The notes under the pieces are model-generated. The model did no database searches, had not been told where the DNA came from, and worked only from the letters and a program-made list of their open reading frames with translations. This document shows positions 29,101-42,900 of a stretch of 64,000 nucleotides of DNA, piece by piece (the stretch's first letter is position 1; the number at the start of each line of letters is the position of its first letter). Made by a program: the position numbers and the translations under genes. The stretch is taken from NCBI GenBank assembly GCA_964016885.1, contig OZ024741.1, forward strand, positions 389,112,001 through 389,176,000, read 5' to 3'. This DNA is from Eledone cirrhosa. Taxonomy: Eukaryota.

Positions 29101-30847
29101 CTGCCAATGTGTTTTAATTAATTTTGAGAATAAAACAATTTGCAAGAATTCAGTAAAATGATTTACTTGTTCATTATTAAGCTGACATTTGCAATGTAAC
29201 TACAAAAATTTCTTACATAAAATTATGATGGGAAGTTTTTTTTATAGGTGTAAACACTTTAAAATGAAAAGTTTTAAGTCATAGAACCAAGGGCAATTTA
29301 AGGCAGGTCAATAACAAAAGGGTTAATCTGGAAAATATATGGTTGTTTCAGGGTTGTACTTTGGCAAGTAAGATGATTTGAGACTATGTTTTGATCTGAA
29401 ATATATAGATGGGCTTGTTTCAGGGTTGTACTTGACTTGATTTGAAACTGTGTGTTGGAAGTAAAGCAATTATATTGTTGAAGAGTCATTTTAACCATTT
29501 AAAAAATACACATAAACTGTTATATCCACTTTTATTTATTTCATATTATCAATTTTTTTGCTGTGATCTGCTCACTGACAGAGTTTCACTGCAAGATTTA
29601 TGGTTGGAATACCATATTGCATTGTTTGGTTTCTGGAAATTACAATAAATAGACATTTGTATAAACCTGTTAAAATATAAAGATTCTACTGTTAGATTTG
29701 CTTTTGTTGTGAAAATAATTTGTATATTTAAGAGAGAAGCTATTTTGGCATTGTAGAACTTTCTTATTGGTGAGCAAATCTAAAAAGTAGTCCATTACAT
29801 AAGATCCAATAATTTTAAAAGCTTTAAACAATGGCAAATAAGATTTAATGAACAGAACATTATTATTTGATGACTTTTATGAGGAGTAAATATTCTGTTG
29901 AAGGTTTGGCATATATCATTCAATATGTATTATAAATATTTCTCTGTGTATCTATAATTTCTTAGCAAAATAATAATGTGAATAGAATTAGAAGACTAAA
30001 TAGAAAAGAAAATTCTTCCTTAAAGATCTAGACCTACATTTTGTAGGTTTATATTGGGCTTTCATAATCAGCATCATCATTTAACATCAGCAGGGAAAAC
30101 AGACATTAAGTGATGATAATGATGAAGATGGTGATGAAGATAATGGTTGTGAAAGTGCATTCACAGTTAACTCTTTTGATAACAAACTCTCCTGAAACTA
30201 TCCGTGGTTCTATGATACAAAGCTGTTTTTTTTAACATATTTATTCAAAAACCTCCCATTATAATTTATGGTAGAACCTTTATGTTATAAACACCAGCTT
30301 AATAATGAGAAGGAAAGTTATATTAACAAATCCTTCCAAATTCTTGATTATTTTCAAAATAATTTGAAAGCCATAGACAGTGTTTTTCATGAGAAATATG
30401 TTTAATGAAAGGGTTAATATATGTACTCCATTGTGAAAGACAAGAATGCAGTCATTCAAAAACTAAGTATGTATCTCTAGAAAAATATTTTCATCTCTTC
30501 TGACTTATAGCATTATTTTTGGACTACTTGGTAAATGCATTTTATCTAACTCCTACTATTCACTTATCTCACAGGCGTCCATATTCAATTGTACTCATCA
30601 TTGTCTTCATCATCTGTTTAGATAAACAACATATTCACATCCCTTTTTACTATCGTACATGTAATGTTAAGTAAGCTGCAGTTAATCAAAAAGATGGAAA
30701 GGAAACAAAGATGGTTCAAAGACTGGCATAGATATAGGTATCATTTTGAAATGATATCAATTGTACAAGTTGTCTGACCAATAAGCCATCTCTTCTGTTT
30801 TACAAAGGCACACTGGCATATTTTTCAAACCAAATAAACACATTTAG

Positions 30848-30887
<40 letters not shown>

Positions 30888-33800
30888 CCTCTCTCTCTCT
30901 CCCTCTCTCCCTCCCTCTCTCCCTCCCTCTCTCTCCCTCTCTCTCTCTCCATAGTAATATAAGTCAATCATTTCTCTCAACATGTTGCTAACTTTTTGGC
31001 AAATTCAGCTAGATTCTGTTTTTGAAAATTTATTGAAGCTAGCCATTTCAACAGCTCTCTCTCTCTTGATTAGAATTACAATATCTCCATAGCAAGGCAC
31101 TATTTTGGCTCTTCATATCGCTGCATCATTCACAGGTTAGATTACAGATAAACCACAGCTCTCGCAACACTGCTGGCACCACTCCAACTTGCCTGTCATT
31201 TTAGTGAAAATTCCAAGTGGCAGCAGTCACATCAGAAAAGTCACCAAGAGATCAGTTTAAACTTTATTCTACTTACATTTTCTCTTCCTCTTTCTCTCCA
31301 TTAAGCTTATTCTATTATTCATATGTTTTCACACCAACATACATCCTATTGACATAGCTCACACTTTATTGATAAGTCTGTTTATTGGCAGTTTTATTTA
31401 TCAGACATCCCTATATCCCATTGCACAACTACTCTCTGCCCATTCTAAAATCCAGTTTTTATAATTCTTTACTTTTGAAGAGTATGAAGTGGAAACATGT
31501 CTCTGTGGTTTAATAGTTAATTCTCAGATTGATCCCATTACACAACCCATCGACCATATATACCCTATTATATGTACAACATGTCTCAGGTTGACGATTA
31601 CCTTTGACTACCATCATCATCATCATTTTACATCCGCTTTTCCCTGCATGTAAGGGTTGAACGGGTCCTATTCAGTACCTCTCCACTTGTCACGGTTCTT
31701 ATTCATCTCCTCGGTGAGTTTCAGCAAACTGAGGTCTACTCTCATTATCTCCGCCCATGTTTTACGTGGTCTACCTCTTCTGCGTCTTCCTTCTACTGGG
31801 ATTTCTTGGCACTTCTTTACCCAGCGGTCATCCTCCATGCGCATCACATGTCACTACCATCTCAGCCTTCTCTCCCGCACACTACAACTTATCCCTCTTA
31901 TACCCAGTTTCTTTCTCAACTCGTCCATGCTTGGTCATTCACGCATATTGACATTGCACATCCAACGGAGCATGCTTGCTTCATTTCTCTCCAGCCATCA
32001 CATATCCTCTGCAGTTGCCGCCCATGTCTCACTATCATGCAGCATCGCGCATCTCACACAGGCATCATATAATCATCCTTTCGTATGCAGAGAGAAACCC
32101 TTCTTTGTCAACAAATGAAGCAGCTCCCTAAACTTCTTCCAACCAGTCCTTATTCTAGATACTATGGCCTCAGAACACCCCCCCCCCCTCCCATGCTAAT
32201 CTGATCAATCACTTCTATAGAACCCACCTGCATTGGAAAAATGCGTCTATCACTGCAATTAATACTGCCAACCTACCCTGTACATTTACTGCATACGTAG
32301 TTTTCCCTACCTGTTAGTTTGCCTGCTATCCCACTACATCTAAAAACTGGTATTGTAATAAATAAGCTATGGTGTTGATATGATCAATCAAAATCCCTTG
32401 AAAGTGGTGTCATGGCATAACCTCAGTCCAATGACTGAAATTAGTTAAAAGACAAAAGAAAATATATATAAAACACATACACACCAAGATTAAAGATATT
32501 CTTTATTGAAATGAAAGAGGGAATGTTAAAATAGCTCAAAGCACATTTTAGCTATATTAAATCTTTTTTTCTTACTTTCAGCATTTATTATTTATATCAA
32601 TGATTTATATCGAAGAGCAGTGGATTGGCAGTATTGGTAGAGGGTCAGACACTATGCTTTGACGCATAGAGTTACGCCCCTTGCCATTCTGAGTTCAAAT
32701 CGCGCCATGGTTAACTTTACCTTTCATCCTAACGGGATCGATAAAATAAAGTACCAGTAATGTACTGGATAATTGTTGGCCTTGTGCCAAAAGTAGAAAA
32801 AATTATTTATATCAATGATAATGATCATTAATATAGACATATAATTAAAAAATTGTCTCTCAATTAAAAGAACATTCTCTTTTGGCTAAAAGAGAAAAAT
32901 ATGTAAACTATTTTGAAAATTCAAATTGAAGAATAATATAGAAATTATCAAAACACTTTGCGAAGGCCTTCAATTCTGTGCCACACAAAAGGCTTCTGGC
33001 AAAACTCTCTGCAATGGGTGTGAAGGATGATCTTTTAAACTGGTTGAAGTCCTTCATTCTCAGTCGAAGAGAGGTAGTCACGGTTCTGGGACAGCATTCC
33101 TCACCATATGAGATGTCATCTGGTGTACCACAGGGATCTGTTCTTGGCCCCTTTTGTTTGTGGCATATATTAATGACATAGATGCCAACTTAAGGAATGC
33201 CACAGTATTAAAGTACGCAGACGACATCTAGCTGTACCTTGAGATAAAAAGGACAGATCCTGAACACTATAGATCTTGCTTGCAGTCTGACCTGGACACA
33301 ATGCAACAATGGATCTCAGACTGGCAACTCAAGCTAGCTGTGGACAAGTGCACCACCATGCATTTTGGGAGTAAAAACCCAGCGTCCACATACTCCCTCC
33401 ACAGCACTAATATCAAGAAGTCTTCCTGTGAACGTGACCTGGGCATTACGGTCAGCAGCGATTTGCGTTGGATGAGGCACGTCTCTAAAATTGTCAAGAG
33501 GGCCGAGGGTGTCTTAGCATCACTCAGCAAGACCTTTGTCAGCCGCTCTCCAGATATCTATTTAAGGCTGTATACAGCTATGGTGCGACCACACTTAGAA
33601 TTTGCATCACCAGTCTGGAACCCCTATCTTGCTCAGGACATTGACCGCCTGGAAACTGTTCAGAGACGTGCAACCAAGTGAATACCCTCCATCAGGCATC
33701 TACCATACTCTGAGCGCCTTGCTTCCCTGGGCATGGATTCATTGAAGCTCCGACGCCTGGCAACTGACTTGGTAAACACCCACAAAATTGTTAACCATGT

Positions 33801-36800
33801 TGCCAACAACAACCCTGAGTACCTTTTTGATTTCCATGTGTCTAACACACGTGGACATGCCCACAAAGTAAGAAAACAGCACAGCTCCCATGACTTTCGG
33901 AAACATTTTTTCACGCTCAGAGTTGCTGAAGCATGGAACAAACTACCTGCATCAGTTGTTAGCTGTCGAGACACTGCATCCTTTAAGGCCTCCATGCTTC
34001 CCGAGATCCGCCAACACTACAGCTAACACATATACACATGTATGTACTTCCCTGACATTTGTGTATTATTCTATGTACTATACATACACCTTTGACGAGT
34101 TGTAGTGCACCTGAGCACTTTACACAATAATTTCATTATTATGTGTATATCATGACTCATGCACTGTTCATTTTCCTGATGTTTGTACATTACCCTATGT
34201 ACTATACATACACTTTTTGATGAGTTGTAGTGCACCTGAGCACTGTACACAATATTTCATTATTATTATTATTATTTCATTTTTTCCTTCATATGCCAAT
34301 ATAAATTATTATTTCAGACATTATTTCTTGCATATATATAGTGAAAAAAGTGTGGGTGTTAGAAAACGTTCTATATAGATCACGTTATACAACGAAAAAG
34401 ATAATTTAAAAAATGGTTCGAAAAACGCACCTGGTATATATCTATCTAAGGCGGGTAAAATTCCCGAGATCCATGGACGAGTTCTCTCCAGCGGTCTCTG
34501 TCTCTCATTATCGCTGCCATGTCCTGCGTCTCCAACAGACCAGTGTCTGTATTAGGGCATCAACATATGTTAACCATGGTCTTCCTCTTCTAGTGTGTCC
34601 ATGTAGGGGCTCCCAAAGGAGCACTGAGTGCAATGTCAACTCTGGATGTCGGTGAGCATGTCCAGCTAACCTCAGTCTCCTCAGCATTCTCGTGTAGCAC
34701 CCATCCACCATCTGAGTGAGTTTCTTGGTCAGTGTCCAAGTCTCAGACCCATACAGCAGCACAGACTCCACTACAGCAATGAAGAGGCGGATTTTCAGGT
34801 CTCTACGAAGGTCCGACTTCCACACCGATCTCAAGCTGTGGCACGCCGGCCAGGCCTTGCTCTTCCTCTCAACCACATCATCTTCCGTATTCCCAATCTT
34901 TGCTGGAAGTTCTCAACCAATTCCAGCGGCTTCCCGCCTACATTAGTGATCCCCTCTGGCTTCTCAACATTCTCTACCAGATATTTTGTTTTAGTCTCAT
35001 TCATTCTCAGCCCCACACTCATCGACACAGTCTCAACCTCCCGCATCAAATCCTCTGCCTCCTTCACTGTATTTGTCAACAAAACTGGTATATCATCATC
35101 ATCATCATCATCATCATCACCATTTCACGTCCGTTCTTCCACGCTAGCATGGGTTAGACGGGTTGTCCTGTTGTGGGCAGTGTCTGGTCGGCTGACCATG
35201 CCTTGCTCATACAGGAACTGATTTGGCTTGATTTCTACAGCTGGATGCCCTTCCCAACACCAACCTCATTTACAGTGAGTGCTGGGTGCTTTTTCGTGGC
35301 GCCTACACGTCCACTTTACAGTGTGGGCTGGGTGCTTTTTTGCCGTGGCACCTCCACGACCACCTTGCGGTGGGGGGTGTGGGGGCATATTGTCTATATG
35401 CTTCAGCTTGTACTCATGGGAGGTCGGGTATATATATATATATATAACCCTAAGTATTGAGTACACACAATAGTGACCTAAGATAAATATACACAGGTAC
35501 AATAACAAAACTACACATAAACACACACTAGTGAGAAAAGATAGAATACAAACACACACAGACTCAGACACGAACATCATCATCATCAACGTTTAACGTC
35601 CGTGTTCCACGCTTGCATGGGTTTGGATGGGGGTTTTCCCACTTGGGGCAAGAGTGATTGTCTTGCTCGCATAGGACTGTCTGGCGTGTTTTCTACAGCT
35701 GGATGCCCTTCCTAACACCAACCACATTTACAGTGTGGGGCTGGGAGGTTTTTACCGTGTTGCATACACGGCCACATTACAGCGTGGACTGTGTGTTTTT
35801 TTTGTCGTGACACCTACACGATCTCATTTGTTTCGGCCTGGGTGTTGTGGCACCAACATAACTTTACATTGAAAGGGGCGGTGTGGATGGGGTGGGGGTG
35901 GTGGGACGGGGGTGTATTTTGTTAGAGATGCCTACTGACTGTAGTAGGTTTTACTTTGTATTTAAGTAAGGCGGGTCTTCTCTATTACTGAGTACTGCCA
36001 AAGGTCTCGGTCCAGTGACATTGTCTTGGAGAGATGTAAGTGTGTGAGGTCGGAATTTATCAGCTCGTCCCAGGTTTTTCTGGGTCTGCCTACTCCGTGG
36101 CTACCGTCTATCTTTATTGCCCTGCACTTTGTTATACAGCTGTCGTCTTTCATGCGCATCACGTGACCATACCAACGTAGCCTTCTCTCGAGTAAACAAC
36201 ATCTGATCCCTCTTATTTCTAATTTTTTCCTTAGTTCGCTTATGCTTTGCCGTTCACGTATGTTACTATTACACATCCAGTGGAGCATGCAAGCTTAGTT
36301 CCTCTCTAGTCTGCGTATATCCTCTGCACACAATGCCCAGGTCTCACTGCCATGCAACATTGCTGTTCGTATGCAGGCATCATACAACCTGCCTTTCATT
36401 TTTAGGGAGAAGCCTTTAGTGGCTAATAGTGGTATAAGCTCTCTGAACTTTTTCCATCCAGTTCTGACTCTAGCTACTGTACTTTCAGAGCACCCTCCCC
36501 CACTGCTGATTTTGTCACCCAGGTAACGGAAGCTGTCCACTATTTCTATAGAACCCTCTGCGCAATTGAAAGAGCTAGTATTTGTGGGCACTTGCTGTTT
36601 CTTATTGCACCAGAGCACCGGCCACATGTAAAATCTATGTTCTTAGTTAGCTTACCTGTGATCCCACTACATCTTTTATGCACCCATACTTTGCATTTGG
36701 GACATAAAATGGAGTTTCTACCTACGCCTTTCCTACACACTGAGCATGGCCATTTCCCGGAAGGGACCGTCGCCTTATTTTCTTTCCAACAAACTAGAAC

Positions 36801-39800
36801 TTTAGTCTTAGCCAGGTTAATTTTAAGGCCTTTTGATTCTAGGCCGTGCTTCCATGTTTGGAATTTCTTCTCTAGCTCGGCCATTGATTCAGCTATGAGC
36901 GTTAGATCATCTGCGTATAGGAGTTCCCATGGGCAGCCGGTCTTGAACTCCACTGTTATAGCCTGAAGGGCAATAATAAATAGTAGGGGGCTAAGAACAG
37001 AGCCCTGATGAACACCAACTTTTACACTAAACTCTTCACTATATTCGTTGTTAATTCTAACCTTGCTGACTGTTTCTTTATACATGGCTTGTATAGCTCT
37101 CACAAGCCATTCGTCAACACCTAGTTTTCTAAGAGCCCACCAGATAATGGAACGGGGGACTCTGTCGAAGGCTTTCTCCAAGTCAACAAAAGCTAAGTAT
37201 AGGGGTTTACTTTTAGCTAGGTACTTCTCCTGTAGTTGTCGTACAATGAAAAGAGCGTCTGTGGTACTTTTGCCTGACACAAACCCGAACTGCATTTCAT
37301 CTAGATCAATTCTCTCTCTGATTAGTTGCGCTATTACTTTTTCTGTGACCTTCATGACCTGGTCGATTAATTTAATGCCTCTATAGTTACTCCTATCTAG
37401 GGAATCTCCTTTACCCTTGTAACAGTTAATGATGATGCTGTTACGCCAGTCCTTCGGAACAACCCCATTCTGTATGACTTGGTTTACTATCCGGGTGACC
37501 ATGGTGTGTCCCACCGTTCCAGAGGCTTTCAGCATCTCAGCAACTATTTCCGAAGGCCCAGCCGCCTTACCCATCTTCATATCTTTGATTGCCTTACTTA
37601 TTATACTACCTTCGACTAACACTGCCGGTCCCTCTATTGGGTCGATGTGGGGGAGACTGTCTTTCTCCCATTTATTCTCCTCATTTAGAAGCCTTTCGTA
37701 GTGACACTTCCAAGCAACCTTCTTATCAGCGTCAGTGATGGCAAGTACGCCATCATCATTAAGTACATACTTCTCCCCGACAATATCACGGCTTTCCTTG
37801 ACACATTGCCTAGCAATCCTGAACACCTCACGTTTTTGGTCCTCACGTTATAGAACATGCTTGAACTTTCTTTCCTCTGCTTCCCTTCTTGCGAAGTACA
37901 CTTGTCTCCTAGCTTCCCTCCTGGCCACTTGATAGTCTTCTCTACTTCCCCCATCCCACCATACTTTCCAAGCCTGCTTTTTGGCCTTAATTGACTCCTC
38001 CACCTTACTGTTCCACCACCATGTTACTCTCCTCCTACCTACAGGCCTGCTCCAGCCACAGACTTCGTCTGCCGCCGTCAGCAGGTTTGCTTTCAGGAAT
38101 TCCCACTGTTCCTCTATATTATCTGACTCTAATTGCTCTTCCTTACTGTTGAAAGCATCAAGTAACATGCTTTGAAATTTATTTCTGGCTGTGGGGTCCT
38201 TTAGCTTCCATATTTTTCTCCTGAGGATAGTCCTCTTCTGTTGTCTAGTACGTCTCGTCCTGACTATGAGGTCGCTAATTAGCAGTCTATGTTGGGAGGT
38301 GCATTCTTCATGGGGGAGGGATTTAGTGTTTACAACAGAGACTCTGTTACGTCTTCTGGTAAGGATATAATCTACCTGGCTGGTATGTTCCCCTGATCTG
38401 TAGGTGATCAAGTGATTGTCTCGTTTTTTGAAGTTAGTGTTACAGATAGTTAGGTTATTTGCATCACAGAATTCCAGGATTCTGGAGCCTTCCTCATTTC
38501 TAGTACCAAACCCATAGTCTCCGTGGATTCCGTCATAGCCGTCACAATGTTGACCAACGTGGCCATTTAGGTCGCCAGCAATAATTATATAGTCACTGTC
38601 GGTTATTTGGGAGGTAGTGAGCATCAGTGTCTCATAGAATCTGTCTTATATAGCGCCAGGCAGTCCGGATTGGGGCGCGTATGCCGATATTACTGTCACC
38701 GTAGTTCTATTTAGAACAAGTTTTATTTTAATTATTCTGTCATTTACTCTATTTACATCTATTATCTTATCCACCCATTTTTCTGCTAACATGATTCCTA
38801 TCCCACCTATCCCATTGTCATTTCCCACCCAGAAGAGCTTATAGCAACGTTTTTTACCCACAATGAATCTAGCAGACCCGCCCCTCCACCTGGTCTCTTG
38901 GATACAGCAAACATCAACCTCCTTACGTTCAAGCATTTCTACAACCTTGTTAGAGCGGCCTTTTAAGGTGCCTACATTTATGGTACCAACTCTGAAGTTT
39001 TGGATTGTGTTTGGAGGATGGGGCGCAGGGATGGGTGAGGGGGTTGGGGTTATGTTGGCCATACGCGGCCGAAACAAAGAGGAGGGGGACTTGCCCTTTC
39101 GTCCGGCAGCATGAGGTGAATTTGTCGTTATCTTTGGCATTGTCATCGAGTGTCCAGATTCTTCAGACTCTCCAGAAATTCCTTAGTCCAGCCATCATAT
39201 CGAAAAGCAGCCAGAAGTGATAGCATAGGCTGTTGACTTGTGATTGGTCCAAATAATAAGGTGGAGAGTGGGGACGGGAGGGAGGGTATGGGATAGTTAG
39301 CAAAGTGGGGTAGTTAAAAATACAAGAAGATTATTTAGAAACAACTAGACAGAATTATAGAATAGCATTGAGAGAGAGCAAAGATTGGATTTTGGGCGAT
39401 ATACGGATATATGAATGAATGGACCGATAGCAAAGAGAAGATTATTTAGAACAATATGAATGAATGAACCGATAGGCTGGAGAGAGATAAGAAAAATGGC
39501 ATTTACATTATACTTCGCAGGGACGAGGTCTCACCATTTTTGAGCGTTGACAAATTCTGAGATTCGTACCTCGCTACAGGTTTATTTATATTTGGAGAGA
39601 GAAGGGAGTGATTGAAAGGGTGAGCTAGCCAGCGCGTAACACGCTATAGTGGGGACTGGGGGTAGAGAAAACACACACAAACGCATGCACAAACGGAGAC
39701 AAGAATAAATAAATAAATAAAAAATAGAATAGACATTACAATATAATGGGAGGAAACATAATAGTACCACTGATGATGTCACAGGTGTGTGATGAAATAA

Positions 39801-39813
39801 CTTTGATAGACTA

Positions 39814-39852
<39 letters not shown>

Positions 39853-39894
39853 TCCCACCCTTGCAAGCCAGGAAAAGCGGACGTAAAATGATGA

Positions 39895-39938
<44 letters not shown>

Positions 39939-42900
39939 AACTGTTGGTCAATCTATGATAAACGTTGATTGCCAGCTAAATTAACTATAGGGATATAAAA
40001 TACACAGAAGCAAAAACCAATCCAAACCAAACAGTCAGTATGTCTTATTATTTCTGGCAATATTATAACAATACGACCCTCCCCAAATATAAAAATATTT
40101 GTTTCAACACACGATTTCATATAAAAAACCTTACAAAACAAAATATATAGAGAGAGAGGTGGTTAATTTTGTTTAAAAATTAAAACAAAAAACAGAAAAT
40201 ATTCATACTTGTTATGACTCCTACCTGTGTAGGTTTAGCTAACCATCTATGGGGTTGCATCACATAAGGGGGTTCTTGGACGGTATTATGGCCTTAATCC
40301 TATTATATATCTAAATAATATTTATGATATGTTTACCAGCTAGTAAGCCAAAGCTTTAATCTTTTAGATTAGTAATGTTGTTTTAGAGTGGGGAAGGGTG
40401 CATATCAAACATAGATGCCCATTAAAGTTTAAAGAACACAAATGGTGGTAGTTATGAAAAAATGTTCATGTAACATGTTGAAATTATCTGAAATTTTATT
40501 TCAGATAATAATTATTTCAATATTTAGTTTTACTTTTCCTAAGTTTCTATTTTATACTAAACCACACGAAGCTGCCACTAGTTATATGATACAAAACTAG
40601 TTGTGTAAACATTTGTATATTTATAAAAAAAGAAAACCTTCCATTTTCATTTTATGTGAGGACCTTTGCTGAATTATTTCTCTAACTAGAAAGTTAGTTA
40701 TTCACTAAATCTCCATAAATTCTTGATTATTTTCAAAATTATTTGAATATCAGAGGCATTGTTTTTCATTAGAAATCATCATTAACATCACTGTTTTACA
40801 TTCATTTACCACACTAGCATGGGTTGGCTGAGTCATCATTTTCTGAGACTAGGAAGGCCAGATAGCCACATCTTACCCATACATTCCATTTTGGTATGGT
40901 TTCTATGGCTGAATGCCCTTCCTAATGCCAACCCCTGTGCAGCATGTATTGGGTGAATTTTGTTGTAGGGAGGTTCATTGACTTGACTGAAGAGCTCTCT
41001 CTATCCGATGAGGGGAAGGGTGATAGAGGCAACTGCATTTAGGGAGTAAGAATTGGAGTAATAGGGGTGTCAAGTATGAAGCTATGGGTGTATGACAATA
41101 AGTAATATGGAAAGAAAAAGGGTTAAAACATTTAGAATACCTTATATTGTAAAATCTGTTATTACCTTTTTCTTCACCCACTTATTTTTGAGAGTGTCCC
41201 GAAGGCTGAGTTATCAAATACACCTTCCAGCAGGTCCTGTCACAAATAACTGTCTCCAACTGATCTGGCCGGATCCCTGAGACCAGCTGAGTTCATGGAT
41301 GTTATCCAACCATTTTGCTCTGGGTCTACCCATGGGTCTCTTGCCAGTTGGTTTTGCCTGTAAAATCTGTCTAGTGATTCTTTCCTGAAGCATTCTAAAC
41401 ACATCCGTAATATTGGAGCTGTGATCTCTCAATTCAGAGAGGTAGTAGCTCTACCTGGAGTGACTCTCTGATTGACACTCTATTGAGTAATGTTACCAAC
41501 ATAATATAATTCAGGAATAGGTTATTCTTTGTTTTGTGTTGCCTTCATGAGACCTTTCAAAATGTGTTCTGTCCATGTTTTATCAATATATACTGCTATC
41601 TTTTATGTTTGTCTATATATTCCAGAACCTGGTTATTAATGATAGTGATGTATGGTGTTTTCTGGATGCTGCCTACATTAACTATGGCACCCTACCTTGG
41701 TAATCTCATACAAAAATCTCAAGCAATACTTAGTGATGTTCCTCTTAGTGGTATGTTATATATTGTCTTTTTTGTTGTTTTTATTAAAATATTTAATATT
41801 TTATCTTCTCAAGCATTTATATTGTCAAACTGTGTTATTTATTTTGTAATTTAATTATTAAAATATTTAACCCTTTAACATTAACCGGCCGTATCCAGCC
41901 AGAATTCTCTCACCCCTTTCTGTTCAAACTGGCTGTAACTGGCCACTCATACATCAGTAGTATTGTTCTCAAAAAAATAACATCAAAATCTCATAGATTC
42001 GATATTATGTGAGATAAAGCTTTTACTACGAAAATACAATAGTATATATTGAGTAATGTAAATGCTAAAGGGTTAACCATCTATTTAGTATAAAGTGTTT
42101 ATGGTAGCCAATCTCTATCAGCATAAATTATTCCATCATACATTACTTTGTCTTAACTTCCAGCATCTGTGCCATATTGTCAATTTGTTTGGTGATATAG
42201 CTAATTATCTCTTATCATTACTAAAAGTATTTTATCGTTAATTAATTATTTACTGTAGTTGATTATGTGACTCTAATCTTATATTCCCTTTAATCTCTAT
42301 CAGCTAAGTTGGACTTGCTGTTGTATTCAGTATTAGAGAACATTTTTGACTTGACTTCATCCGTTAGCTAGAAAATGAGTTCTAGTTTCATTTAACACTC
42401 AAAGTATCCACCTGTAACAGAATATATCACTGAAACCTGAAACATTGCTCTTTTCTTCAGTCTTGTATTAAATGTTTTCTGTGAAGCTCTTCATCTTTAA
42501 CCCTTTAGCATTCGTATCCGGCCAGAAATGTCTCACCTCTTTCTGTTCAAATCGGCTGTAACTGGCCACTCATGCTGATGTTAAGGTATTGTTCTCAAGA
42601 TAAATAACATCAAAATATCATAGATTCGATATTATGTGAGATAATTATGTAAAATAAAGTGTTTACTACCAAAATACTATAGTATATATAGAGTTATGTG
42701 AATGCTAAAGGGTTAAGACAAATATTTTCTATTTTGATCTAATTACATCTTCGTCTTTGGTCAGACTAGGCGTCTGCCTGCTGCTGCTGCTGGTACCATA
42801 TAACTCAGTACAATCTGCTTCATGGTTGAGTGGTCAGTGACTAAACCAGATCCACTTCCAGAGAAGGGTTCCTCCAATAGAAGTGAGAAGACATTAGATT

